Shown: positions 1-9,502, numbered from the stretch's first letter. The stretch is DNA of 64,000 nt from Dehalococcoidia bacterium (GCA_965202965.1 OZ241888.1:876653-940652), one strand, 5' to 3'. Notes: generated by a model not told the origin, from the sequence alone. A program made the numbers and translations.

Positions 1-1
1 C

Positions 2-352
2 CCCACCGGACGCTTCGGCACCAACCGCCGCACCTACGAGGAGCAGGCCAACGACTACACCATAGTCACCGGCACCCCCGACACCGTCATCCCCAAGATA
101 AAGCACGTCCTCGAAACCCTCCGACCGGGCAGCGTCTTCTTCTGGGACGGCGACGGCGCCATGACCCACGAAGACCAGATGCGAAGCCTGCGCCTCATGG
201 GCGAGTACGTCATCCCCGCCGTCCGCGAAATGGGCGAAGAACTAGAGCTCAAGGGCCCCTTCGAAATAAGCCCGTGGACCAACGAACCCATGGAAGACCC
301 CAACCCCACAACAGAGGCAGCCACTCCCGCGGGTTCAGGCGTCGGAGACTAG
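2..352 (+). CDS. LLM-class (luciferase-like) flavin-dependent oxidoreductase, C-terminal fragment (5' end lies outside the window)
   Basis: The frame-2 ORF is open to the window edge. The translation ...IVTGTPDTVIPKIKHVLETLRPGSVFFWDGDGAMTHEDQMRSLRLMGEYVIPAVREMG resembles the C-terminal region of luciferase-like monooxygenases. Three full-length paralogs lie elsewhere in the window. Confidence 0.6.
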   Translation, partial: PTGRFGTNRRTYEEQANDYTIVTGTPDTVIPKIKHVLETLRPGSVFFWDGDGAMTHEDQMRSLRLMGEYVIPAVREMGEELELKGPFEISPWTNEPMEDPNPTTEAATPAGSGVGD

Positions 353-465
353 CACTACCTGGCTCTCTTCATCATTCCCGAGGAAGGAGATCTTTGCATT
401 TGGAGTTATATACTTGTCTTTACAGTCAGCACACTGCTGTGTAACCATGAGCATGGAGTGGTGGC

Positions 466-1200
466 ATGATTACTAGAAGACAACAACTCATACACAACGA
501 AGGCTCGGCCAACGATATTCTGCACATCAGCCCGCACTGGTCAGTCTCAAGCGAAGAAATTTTTTCAAACCCGCTAAGACGTCTCGACGCAAGACATTTT
601 GAACCTTCGGCCAAAGAGGCCGTCGAACGAATGGCTAACATGGGCGTCGATATGAAGCCTCTTTCCGATCTCGCTTCTGTAGAACTGCGCAACATATTTT
701 CACGAATATGGGCAGATGATAGTGAACACGGTACTCCCTACTTGAATTCGACCGACCTCTTAAGCCTGTTTGCAATCGGCCAACCATCAGGTGGGAAGCG
801 GTACCTTTCACACGCAACTCGGACCGATATTAAGAGTCTATTGATAAATGAGGGTTGGCTGCTGATGACCTGTTCAGGAACCATTGGCAGGGTGTTTTAC
901 GTGCCTGAGAGACTCCATGGATGGGCCGCGACTCACGATCTGATCCGTATTGTACCCAAAGAAGAAGGAATGACAGGCTATCTGTATGCATATCTCAACT
1001 CGGATCTCGCTCAGATACAGATTCTCAGACACACGCACGGAGGCCAGATTGATCATGTCACTGATGATCAAGTCGCAGGTTGCCTTGTGCCAATGCTTGA
1101 TATCGACGATATCAAACGCATAAACAACGAAGTGATGACTGCACTTCTTTCGCGAGAGCAGGCCATTAGAACTCTTATGAATATGCAGGTGATGAAGTGA
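466..1200 (+). CDS. Restriction-modification specificity protein, HsdS-like with a single target-recognition domain
   Basis: 244 aa. The pattern RLDARHFEP...CSGTIGRVFYV...DLIRIVP...YLYAYLNS...GGQIDHVT is typical of one HsdS/Methylase_S TRD. The stop overlaps the downstream GTG start (GTGA), which suggests coupling. The gene sits in a low-GC islet. Confidence 0.6.
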   Translation: MITRRQQLIHNEGSANDILHISPHWSVSSEEIFSNPLRRLDARHFEPSAKEAVERMANMGVDMKPLSDLASVELRNIFSRIWADDSEHGTPYLNSTDLLSLFAIGQPSGGKRYLSHATRTDIKSLLINEGWLLMTCSGTIGRVFYVPERLHGWAATHDLIRIVPKEEGMTGYLYAYLNSDLAQIQILRHTHGGQIDHVTDDQVAGCLVPMLDIDDIKRINNEVMTALLSREQAIRTLMNMQVMK

Positions 1201-3065
1201 ACGAAAATAGCGACGCCAATCCAGCACACCTTGTACCACCAGGCCAGATTCGTTGCTACGTCACTGGTACTTTACGCAAGGATACGCCAGAGGAAAATGT
1301 TCGTCAGCGGTGGGCCCGCAGCCTAGTCGAAGAATATGGATATCCCAAGTCAGACCTTGGCATTGAAGTAACTATCCCGATGGGACGCGCTCGTAAGAGG
1401 GCGGACATAGTGATTTACCGCCATGACCAAGAACATACTCAAAGAGAAATACTGATCATTATCGAGACAAAGCGAGCCAACATTAAGAAATCTGATGTCC
1501 GGCTTGGCGAAGATCAACTGATCAGCTATATGGCAGCTAGTCCAGTGTGTCGTTTCGGTCTCTGGGTTGGAGAAGAAAGACTTGGATTTGAGCGTGATCC
1601 ACAAAGCGGTGAAATTATTCGTGTAGGTGATATCCCTAAATTCGGAGCCGATGAAGCTACCCTTCCTACTCGTGAGGACTTAGTTCCGGCACATGAGTTA
1701 AAGTCTGTTTTTCGCCGATGCCACAATTACATCTATGCGAATGCTGGTCTGCAAAGGGGCGAAGCCTTTCACGAGTTCCTAAAACTAATCTTCTGTAAGA
1801 CATTCGATGAAGAGGAAGGTGCCGAAAACCTTGTTTTTGCTATAAACCCGAAGGAACGTACTTCAGAGAGCGGCCAGCGTAGGCTCATGGAGGAGCGTCT
1901 GGGTCCACTCTTCAATAGAATTCTCAATAGATACCCGTTTATTTTCGATAGAGATGAGCGAATAATATTAGACCCCCGTGTAGCAGCATATGTTGTAGAA
2001 GAACTACAATTTCTGTCTCTACTTGATACTACTACGGATGTCAAAGGTGACGCGTACGAAGAATTAGTAGGAGAAAATCTTAGAGGTGACCGTGGCGAAT
2101 TTTTCACACCACGAAATGTCTGTGACATGGCTGTTCAGATGGTCATGGCTTTGCATGAACCCAGCGAGTTAACCTCCCTAAAGATCCTTGATTGTTGCTG
2201 CGGGACAGGTGGATTTCTAGTTTCGTGGCTAAACAATCTATCCGAGTTCTTACTGAATCAAGAATTGGCACGCCAGCGAGATGGACAACGCATCAGTCCT
2301 ATTGAACGAGTTCGCAATCGCATAAAGGATACGTGTACTCGTAATCTATTTGGTCTAGATATCAATCCCTTCCTTGTACGCACTTCGCAGATGAACCTAG
2401 TTATGCATGGAGATGGCTCGTCGAATGTATTCCGTGCGGACTCTGTTCGCTCCCCTGGAGAATGGGGGGATGAACCCCGGCTAAATGTACCTTACGGTGC
2501 ATCTGATGTCGTGTTCACTAACCCTCCATTCGGTGGAAACGCCAAAATTGATGATGGACATATATTGGATCAATATGAGTTATCAGCATGGGATGCACGG
2601 AGTCCACGTTCTGTCCTGCCGGCAGAGCAACTATTCGTAGAGGCTTCTTTGAAATTCGTAAAGCCTGGTGGTTACTTAGCCATTGTCTTGCCAGATGGCA
2701 TCCTCAACAATCCTAGTTTGAGCTTCATAAGAACATGGATACTCAGGCGATCCAAAGTCATTGCATCTGTTAACCTTCCCAAGACAACGTTTAAGGCAAG
2801 TGGTGGAATCAATAATCCAAGTCTTCTAATAGTGCAAAAATATACGAGGGAACAAATTATTAACGTTGATGAGAATGGCATAGCACCATACCCAATCTTT
2901 ATGGCTACTCCGCAAACTGCCGGAATTGACAATCGGTCAAATCCTATCTTCTTGAGACATCCAGACGGAAGACATCGTATTGATAGTAATGGTAGAAGGA
3001 TAGTCGACGACCAGATTTCTAGCGTATCTTCTGCTTTTAGAGATTGGCTTACGGCACTGTCGTAA
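1197..3065 (+). CDS. Fused PD-(D/E)XK nuclease-like (HsdR_N-type) domain plus gamma-class N6-adenine DNA methyltransferase
   Basis: 622 aa. The N-terminus carries RADIVIY...REILIIIETKR, a D...ExK signature. SAM motif I is ILDCCCGTGGFLV and catalytic motif IV is VVFTNPPFGG. Confidence 0.8.
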   Translation: MNENSDANPAHLVPPGQIRCYVTGTLRKDTPEENVRQRWARSLVEEYGYPKSDLGIEVTIPMGRARKRADIVIYRHDQEHTQREILIIIETKRANIKKSDVRLGEDQLISYMAASPVCRFGLWVGEERLGFERDPQSGEIIRVGDIPKFGADEATLPTREDLVPAHELKSVFRRCHNYIYANAGLQRGEAFHEFLKLIFCKTFDEEEGAENLVFAINPKERTSESGQRRLMEERLGPLFNRILNRYPFIFDRDERIILDPRVAAYVVEELQFLSLLDTTTDVKGDAYEELVGENLRGDRGEFFTPRNVCDMAVQMVMALHEPSELTSLKILDCCCGTGGFLVSWLNNLSEFLLNQELARQRDGQRISPIERVRNRIKDTCTRNLFGLDINPFLVRTSQMNLVMHGDGSSNVFRADSVRSPGEWGDEPRLNVPYGASDVVFTNPPFGGNAKIDDGHILDQYELSAWDARSPRSVLPAEQLFVEASLKFVKPGGYLAIVLPDGILNNPSLSFIRTWILRRSKVIASVNLPKTTFKASGGINNPSLLIVQKYTREQIINVDENGIAPYPIFMATPQTAGIDNRSNPIFLRHPDGRHRIDSNGRRIVDDQISSVSSAFRDWLTALS

Positions 3066-3189
3066 ACTGGCTTCGTGTACGGCCTTGTGCCAAACCCCGG
3101 TAGCGTATTGAGCAGGCTTATTATAGGGAGTCAAGTTAAATATATAATCTCTTAAATAAAATGGCGGGCAACGAACCTAGGAGTCGTAG

Positions 3190-3546
3190 ATGATACTTGT
3201 TGACCCCATTGCGGTGGAGCCCAGGGATGGCTACCGAATATGGGTACGATACGAAGATGGCGTTGAGGGTGAACTAGACCTGTCTCACCTGGCAGGCAAG
3301 GGTGTGTTCGAGGCTTGGGACGACCGCGCCTACTTTGAAGGCGTCCACATCAATGAGGAAGCCGGATGCGTATGCTGGGGCGCGCCTCCCGGCAGCGATA
3401 TGGAGATAGATATAGCTCCTGAAACGGGTTATGCCCAATTGCTGGGCATAACGCGAGAACAGATTGCGGCAATGTCAGACGAGGATGAATTCTACGCCGC
3501 CGTCGAGCTTGCTCGACGGGAACTCGGAGCGCCTGTTAGTGCCTGA
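3190..3546 (+). CDS. DUF2442 domain protein
   Basis: 118 aa. The N-terminus VEPRDGYRIWVRYEDGVEGELDLSHL matches the characteristic DUF2442 beta-rich start. No DUF4160-type partner ORF lies upstream. Confidence 0.6.
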   Translation: MILVDPIAVEPRDGYRIWVRYEDGVEGELDLSHLAGKGVFEAWDDRAYFEGVHINEEAGCVCWGAPPGSDMEIDIAPETGYAQLLGITREQIAAMSDEDEFYAAVELARRELGAPVSA

Positions 3547-3572
3547 ACTTAGCAGGTTCCATAGTAGCAGTT

Positions 3573-4355
3573 ATGGTTAAATCTCAATCCCCCGCCGACT
3601 TCCTCGCCGCCGACGCCAACATCTTCGCCACCTTCGACCACCGAACCCAGGACTCCGGCAACATCTCCTACGGCGTCGAGATAGACGGAGACCGTTACTT
3701 CGTCAAGACCGCCGGCCTCATTGACGACGACAAGCCCTACCTTAACCACGCCTCCCGCGTCAAGGTGCTCAGAAACGCCGCCCGACTCGCCGGAAGCTGT
3801 GACCATCCCACCCTACCACCGCTCCGCCAGGTCATAGAATCTCCCTCCGGCCCGACGCTCTTCTACGACTGGGTAGAAGGAGAACTGGTCAGAAACGCGC
3901 TGCAACAAGTCAAAAGCCTGCCTGTAGGAGAAATAGTTGACCTGCTGAACGACGTGTACGATCTGCATGTAGAACTCGCCAAACGCGGCTGGATAGCCAA
4001 CGACTTCTACGACGGCTCCATGATCTACGACTCCCACCGCCGCAAAGTCCATGCCGTGGACCTCGACACCTACCACATGGGCCCCTTCACCAACGATATG
4101 GGCAGAATGTTCGGCTCCACTCGTTTCATGGCCCCGGAAGAGTTCGAGCTTGGCGCGACTATTGACCAGCGCACCACCGTCTTCACAATGGGTCGAACCG
4201 CCGCCGTCCTCCTCTCCGATAACTCTCTCGACAGAAAGCCGTTCAGAGGAAGCGATGCCCAGTATGAGATAATACTCCGCGCATGCAACGAAATCCCGGA
4301 CACTCGCTTCCAGACAATATCACAGTTCCGAGATGCCTGGCTGAAGACTGTCTGA
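3573..4355 (+). CDS. Protein kinase-like fold protein (Ser/Thr kinase catalytic-domain-like)
   Basis: 260 aa. It has a VKT lysine region (YFVKTAG), a catalytic-loop-like WIANDFYDGSMIYD, VDLD, and an activation-segment-like TRFMAPEE (APE motif). Confidence 0.55.
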   Translation: MVKSQSPADFLAADANIFATFDHRTQDSGNISYGVEIDGDRYFVKTAGLIDDDKPYLNHASRVKVLRNAARLAGSCDHPTLPPLRQVIESPSGPTLFYDWVEGELVRNALQQVKSLPVGEIVDLLNDVYDLHVELAKRGWIANDFYDGSMIYDSHRRKVHAVDLDTYHMGPFTNDMGRMFGSTRFMAPEEFELGATIDQRTTVFTMGRTAAVLLSDNSLDRKPFRGSDAQYEIILRACNEIPDTRFQTISQFRDAWLKTV

Positions 4356-4692
4356 ACCGCTCTCCCTGCAGGAGATTTTCAAAGTCAGTGCGAGATGTTG
4401 CGCAACTCACATCCCGCTATGCTAAAATATGTCTATTGCAGAACAAACGTACCTTAGTAATATAATCTGGAGTTTATGAATGACGACAAAGCTGACCGAC
4501 GAAATTTTTCCGAGGCTGATTTCATAGCTAAATCCGCCGATTTCCTGGTCACTTCCTAGCTGGAACGGTCACCTGGACTCACCTGAACATGACCAGAACT
4601 CCACCAAGACTAATATAAATCAAGATATATGAAAGCCCGTCTTGTTAGCCAATCTTCCACCGAACTGCCAACTTTGGAAAGGTAAACACCCC

Positions 4693-5616
4693 ATGAACAT
4701 AGGATTTATCGGACTCGGAACGATGGGCGGCTCCATGGCCCTCAACGCCATACGCGGCGGACACAACCTCGTCGTCCATGACATCAGGCGCGAGTCCGCC
4801 ACCCCGCATCTGGAGATGGGCGCCGAATGGGCCGACACTCCACGCGAAGTTGCCGAACGCTCCGACGTCGTACTCACCTCGCTGCCCGGCCCCGTTGAGG
4901 TCGAGGCGGTCGCGCTCGGCGACGACGGACTTGGCGAGGGCCTCAGCGAGGGCAAGGTCTATCTCGATCTCAGCACATCCTCCCCCGACCTCATCCGTCG
5001 CATACACGCCGAACTCGCGCCGCGCGGCATCCACGTCCTGGACGCCCCCGTCAGCGGCGGGCCGGAGGGCGCGCGAACTGGCAGACTCGCCATCTGGGTC
5101 GGCGGCGACAGAGACGTTTATGAGCGCGTGAAGCCCGCCCTCGATTCCATAGGCGACCAGCCCTACTACGTCGGCCCTGTGGGAGCCGGGTCGGTCGCCA
5201 AGCTGGTCCACAACTGCGCCGGATACATCATCCAGGCCGGGCTCGCCGAGGTCTTCACCATGGGCGTCAAAGCGGGCGTTGACCCGCTCGACCTCTGGCT
5301 CGCCGTCCGCCAGGGAGCGCAGGGCAGGCGCGGCGCCTTCGAACGCCTCGCCGACCACTTCCTCATAGACAGCTACGATCCACCCGACTTCGCCCTGCGT
5401 CTCGCCAGAAAGGACATGGACCTCGCCTGCCAGGTCGGAAGACAGTATGACGTGCCCATGAAACTCGCCAATCTCGCTCTCGCCGAAATGACCGAGGCCA
5501 TCAACCGTGGTTGGGGAGACCGCGACTCCCGCGTCGCCATGCTCCTCCAGGAAGAACGCGCCGGCGTCCAGGTCAACACCACCCCGGAGGCGATTCGTGA
5601 TGCGCTGGATGGTTGA
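4693..5616 (+). CDS. NAD(P)-dependent beta-hydroxyacid dehydrogenase (3-hydroxyisobutyrate dehydrogenase family)
   Basis: Rossmann N-terminus MNIGFIGLGTMGGSMA, then DAPVSGG and GAGSVAKLVHN motifs. I chose the start at the MNIGF Met rather than the ORF-track ATG at 4642. Confidence 0.85.
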   Translation: MNIGFIGLGTMGGSMALNAIRGGHNLVVHDIRRESATPHLEMGAEWADTPREVAERSDVVLTSLPGPVEVEAVALGDDGLGEGLSEGKVYLDLSTSSPDLIRRIHAELAPRGIHVLDAPVSGGPEGARTGRLAIWVGGDRDVYERVKPALDSIGDQPYYVGPVGAGSVAKLVHNCAGYIIQAGLAEVFTMGVKAGVDPLDLWLAVRQGAQGRRGAFERLADHFLIDSYDPPDFALRLARKDMDLACQVGRQYDVPMKLANLALAEMTEAINRGWGDRDSRVAMLLQEERAGVQVNTTPEAIRDALDG

Positions 5617-5678
5617 TTAGTCGGGTTCTACACCCAGAATCGTGTACAATAGAGCCCCACAGCAACAGGAGGCCGCCA

Positions 5679-6722
5679 ATGACATTCACAGAGACGATGA
5701 CTCCTAGAGAGCGTACCCTCGCCGCGCTCAACCGGCAGCCGGTGGACAGGCCGCCTGTCGCCAACCCCACGAACGTAGCCACCGTCGAGCTCATGGACCT
5801 CGTTGATGCCCCCTTCCCGGACGCCTGCCGCGACCCCGAACTCGCCGCCAGGCTCGCCGCCACCGGCTACACCGAACTTGGCTTCGACGCTGTCGCCCCC
5901 TACTTCACGATAATCCAGGAGTCCTCCGCGCTAGGTTGCGATATGCAGTGGGAGGAGAAGGACAACTGGCCGACCGTCAGGATGTACCGCCCCATCTGGA
6001 AGGACTCCCGCGACGTTCACGTCCCCTCAGGCTTCCTCGAACACCCGGACAACATCACCATCACAAAGTCCATCGAGATACTCAAGCAGGAAATCGGCAG
6101 CGAGGCAGCCATTATCGGGAAGACGATGGGCCCCTGGACGCTCGCATACCATGTCTTCGGAGTCGAGAACTTCCTGCTCATGACGATTGACGATCCCGAA
6201 GAGACGATGCGTTGCCTGCACAAGCTCAAGGAGCTTTCGGTACTGTTCGGCGAGGCGCAGATAAACGCCGGGGCCGACGCGCTCACCTTCCCTGACCACG
6301 CCACCGGCGATCTCGTCAGCGGCGAATACTACCGGCGCTTCCTCCAGGACATACACATGGAGATGGCCGAGCGTCTGGACATTCCTCTCATACTTCACAT
6401 ATGCGGCAACACGCTCGACCGGATGCCATACATCGCGGACACCGGCATGGACTATTTCCACTTCGACTCCAAGAACGACCCCCAGGCAGCCATGGACGCG
6501 GTGGAAGGCAGGATAGGGCTGGTGGGCAACATCAACAACCCCACCACGCTCTACGCGCGCGGCCCGTCCGAGGTCCGCGATGAGGTATTCGCCTGCATGG
6601 ACGCCGGCGTCCAGATGATAGCCCCCGAGTGCGCGATCCCGCTCGCCACCAAGCTGGAAAACCTCATGGCAATCCCCCAGTCAGTGCGCGAGTGGTGCGA
6701 AACTAACTCAGACGAAAGCTGA
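5679..6722 (+). CDS. URO-D superfamily protein, MtaA/CmuA-like (corrinoid-dependent) methyltransferase
   Basis: N-terminus MTPRERTLAALNRQPVDRPPV. Zn-ligand-like LILHICGN and IAPECAI motifs are present. An AGGAGG RBS lies 7 nt before the ATG at 5679; the ORF-track start at 5613 is TTG. Confidence 0.7.
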   Translation: MTFTETMTPRERTLAALNRQPVDRPPVANPTNVATVELMDLVDAPFPDACRDPELAARLAATGYTELGFDAVAPYFTIIQESSALGCDMQWEEKDNWPTVRMYRPIWKDSRDVHVPSGFLEHPDNITITKSIEILKQEIGSEAAIIGKTMGPWTLAYHVFGVENFLLMTIDDPEETMRCLHKLKELSVLFGEAQINAGADALTFPDHATGDLVSGEYYRRFLQDIHMEMAERLDIPLILHICGNTLDRMPYIADTGMDYFHFDSKNDPQAAMDAVEGRIGLVGNINNPTTLYARGPSEVRDEVFACMDAGVQMIAPECAIPLATKLENLMAIPQSVREWCETNSDES

Positions 6723-6730
6723 GCGCAAAA

Positions 6731-6799
6731 AAATCCCCTCTCCCTCAGGGAGAGGGCTAGAGCCTGCCCCGTACTCCGATACGGGGGTGAGGGTGATTC
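6731..6799 (-). repeat. Family-A intergenic hairpin repeat, long (double-hairpin) form
   Basis: The reverse complement reads gaatcaccctcacccccgtatcggagtacggggcaggctctagccctctccctgagggagaggggattt. It lies between convergent genes and matches the long copy at 58241-58307. Confidence 0.8.
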
Positions 6800-6811
6800 T
6801 TTACAACTCAC

Positions 6812-7654
6812 TCAGCTTAGCGCCACCCCGAACAGCTTCCGCCTGCTCGCGTGCAGGAATCGCGTCGCCACGAATGTCAGCGGCTTTCGCGCTGACGTGA
6901 AATTCTCCCTCAGTATGCCGAACACCGAGGTCAACTCCAGCGCCCGCGCCGCCGGATGCCCTTCAGCCAGCCCGTAGAACCTCCGGCCTTCCCGCTCGTA
7001 GTCCTCGATAGTCCGCCGCATTCGGCGGCTTCCGGTCATAGGAATAGTCGCGCCTCCCACCATCCGGCCATACCCGCGCTGTGCGCTGTCCGGGAATACG
7101 CCCGACAGGAACAGGCACACGTCCGCGATGCGCTTGTAATATCCGAAACGCTGCTCCGGGTCCGAGTTCGCCGCGAATTTCACAAGACTGTCAATATCCA
7201 TGTCGCTGTAACGCACACGCCGCCTGATACCTTTCCGCACACGCACAGGCACCGTATAGCTCTGTATCCGCGTAAACGACGCCATCATCGAAGCCATGTA
7301 CTCCACGACGCCGGGGCGCTCCATGAACTCGAGTACCTCCGGCGTGTCAAATACCGGAATCGAGGCCCGTCCCTCGCGCTCCTCCGTGTACGTTATCGTC
7401 TCCAGTTCGTGGTACGCCCTCCGCAGAAGTATCTCGAAGTACAGCGACGGTGATATATACAGGAATATCTCCTCGTCACTCAGAACACGGTCGAGCAAGT
7501 TCTTGTCCCCGACCATCGCCGCCCTGAACTCCGGATCCTCCCGAACCAACTGCTTCAGCGCGTCCGTGTTCTTCGCGTCTGGCGCCACATTTTCTACGAC
7601 GAAGTCCAGGTCCTTGTCGGTGAAGTTAGGCCATCTGGCGTCCGGGCTCAACAT
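6812..7654 (-). CDS. Hypothetical protein (no domain recognised)
   Basis: 280-aa ORF with normal protein-like composition. It lies directly downstream of, and on the same strand as, the ThDP enzyme gene. Confidence 0.5.
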   Translation of the reverse strand: MLSPDARWPNFTDKDLDFVVENVAPDAKNTDALKQLVREDPEFRAAMVGDKNLLDRVLSDEEIFLYISPSLYFEILLRRAYHELETITYTEEREGRASIPVFDTPEVLEFMERPGVVEYMASMMASFTRIQSYTVPVRVRKGIRRRVRYSDMDIDSLVKFAANSDPEQRFGYYKRIADVCLFLSGVFPDSAQRGYGRMVGGATIPMTGSRRMRRTIEDYEREGRRFYGLAEGHPAARALELTSVFGILRENFTSARKPLTFVATRFLHASRRKLFGVALS

Positions 7655-7698
7655 CGTCCCCTCCCTGAGTTATGATCCATGCGCCGAAGGCGTGCGTC

Positions 7699-9363
7699 TC
7701 ACACCGACCCGTCTATCGAGACGTCCAGCACCGCGGGCTTGCCTGATTCCAGCGCTTCCCTAATCGCCGGAGCAAGCTCGGCAGGGTCCGTGATTCTCTG
7801 GCCCGACACTCCCATCGCTTCAGCCATCCCCGCTATATTCATCGGAATCGGGAAGTCCATCGCCATGTACTTGCTCTCTGGTTCCTCCTCACCCACGATG
7901 TCCCGCTTATAGACGTTCATGTTGAGCTTGAGAATCCGATAGGCGCGGTTGTTGCAGATGATATAGACCACAGGGATATTGTACGTCGCCGCCGTCCACA
8001 AAGACTGCACGGTCATCATTGAACTGCCGTCCCCGATAATCCCAACTACCGGACTGTCCGGGTTGGCCAGTTTCAGCCCTAGCGCGCCTCCCATCCCCCA
8101 GCCCAGAGCGCCGCCGCGCTCGCCGAATACCGTGCCCGGCTCGTCGAAGGAGATCGCTGAGTGCACCGCGTCCCGCGTGGTGACCGAATCGTCCGCAATC
8201 AGCGTGCCCGGCGGCAGCGCGCTAGCCACCTCGTGCATCATCCGCTCTGTGGACATGGGGCTCATGTCCCAGCGATCCTTCAATCGCTGTTGTGTCGCGG
8301 CGTTCATAGCCGCCTTCCGCTCTGCGAGGTTAGCTGCCCGGCCCTTCGCCGCTTCGCTGTCCGAGCCGCTCATCGTGGATTCCAGCGCCTTTGCCAGGTG
8401 GTCTAGTCCAGTCTTAGGATCAGCGATTATGCCTATGTCCGTCGGTTCGCTCTTTCCCACTTCCCGATGGGACTGGTCCATGTGAATCAGCTTGGTATCT
8501 GGCCCCAGCGCCCTGCCTGAATAGTAGAAGAAGCCGCTGAACACGTTCGTTCCCACCGCGAGGACAACATCCGCGTCCGCGAACTGTTCGCGGGTAGCGG
8601 GGCTCGACGGCGCTGAGCGTCCCATAAACTGCGGGTGCGCGGTCGGGAAGTTCATCTCCGAGTACGCCGAGGAATACACCTTCGCCCCTGTGAGTTCCGC
8701 GACCCGGACGGCTTCGGCCACGCCGCCGGACTGCGCCAGCCGGTCCCCGACTATCATCACCGGGTTGCTCGCCGACGCCAGCAGGTCCGCCGACTCCGAT
8801 ACAGCGGTCGCGTCCGGCGCCATCCTGAAATATCCCGGCGACGACGAGACTATCTCCACTTCGGCCTCGCCGTCCAGCGCGTTCGCCGAGAAACCCACAT
8901 AGACCGGGCCGGTCGGGGGCGTCTTGGCCTCGTTGAAGGCACGACGCATCACGGATGGAATCTGCTCAGGATGCGTCGCCTCCGCACTCCACTTGGTGAA
9001 CAGCCTGACCATCTCATCGAGGCGGGTGCGACCCTCCGCCAGCTTTCGAACGTCCTTGTTCGCGCTTGTCACCACCATCGGAGTGCCGCCCTCGTAGGCG
9101 TTGTTCAGTAGGCTTATGCCGTTGGCGAGTCCTGTTTCGATGTGCAGATTCACGAACGACGGCCTCTGAGTGGATCGGGCGTATGCGTCCGCCATCCCCA
9201 TTGCCGCACCTTCCTGCGTGGTGAGTATGTATTCGATGTCAGGGTAATCTTCCAGTGCGTCCAGTATGGCGCTCTCGCTGGTCCCCGGATTTCCGAATAT
9301 ATACTTCACGCCCTCCGCCCTCAGCATCTCCATAAGCGCGCGTTTTCCTGTCATTCTGGTCAT
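7699..9363 (-). CDS. Thiamine-diphosphate-dependent enzyme (acetolactate synthase / benzoylformate decarboxylase family)
   Basis: 554 aa. N-terminus GKRALMEMLRAEGVKYIFGNPGTSE, with a ThDP-binding GDGSSMMTVQSLWTAATYNIPVVYIICNN motif near the C-terminus. Confidence 0.85.
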   Translation of the reverse strand: MTRMTGKRALMEMLRAEGVKYIFGNPGTSESAILDALEDYPDIEYILTTQEGAAMGMADAYARSTQRPSFVNLHIETGLANGISLLNNAYEGGTPMVVTSANKDVRKLAEGRTRLDEMVRLFTKWSAEATHPEQIPSVMRRAFNEAKTPPTGPVYVGFSANALDGEAEVEIVSSSPGYFRMAPDATAVSESADLLASASNPVMIVGDRLAQSGGVAEAVRVAELTGAKVYSSAYSEMNFPTAHPQFMGRSAPSSPATREQFADADVVLAVGTNVFSGFFYYSGRALGPDTKLIHMDQSHREVGKSEPTDIGIIADPKTGLDHLAKALESTMSGSDSEAAKGRAANLAERKAAMNAATQQRLKDRWDMSPMSTERMMHEVASALPPGTLIADDSVTTRDAVHSAISFDEPGTVFGERGGALGWGMGGALGLKLANPDSPVVGIIGDGSSMMTVQSLWTAATYNIPVVYIICNNRAYRILKLNMNVYKRDIVGEEEPESKYMAMDFPIPMNIAGMAEAMGVSGQRITDPAELAPAIREALESGKPAVLDVSIDGSV

Positions 9364-9502
9364 TGGGTAAACCTCGATTCAATGTGTTGGGTGCGAGGGT
9401 ATCATATCCCCGTTTACATATCGGCGTAAGTATAATGTAATTGCTCTATGCCTTCTGGCAAGTAAGTTGGTATATACTTGGGAAGCAATACCATATCCCC
9501 GA

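Noticed and set aside
3066-3189. Remnant of a DUF4160 partner gene upstream of DUF2442
   Set aside because: In the one frame I traced there are at least five stop codons within about 60 nt. No PPHxH-type motif could be read by eye, so this is not callable as a pseudogene.
4356-4692. AT-rich 337-bp spacer with a 27-codon ORF (4478-4559) and ggtcac-type short repeats; considered as an ncRNA or tRNA locus
   Set aside because: There is no tRNA-like cloverleaf or T-loop sequence and no convincing conserved structure. The mini-ORF has no RBS. I treat it as a promoter/leader region for the dehydrogenase gene.
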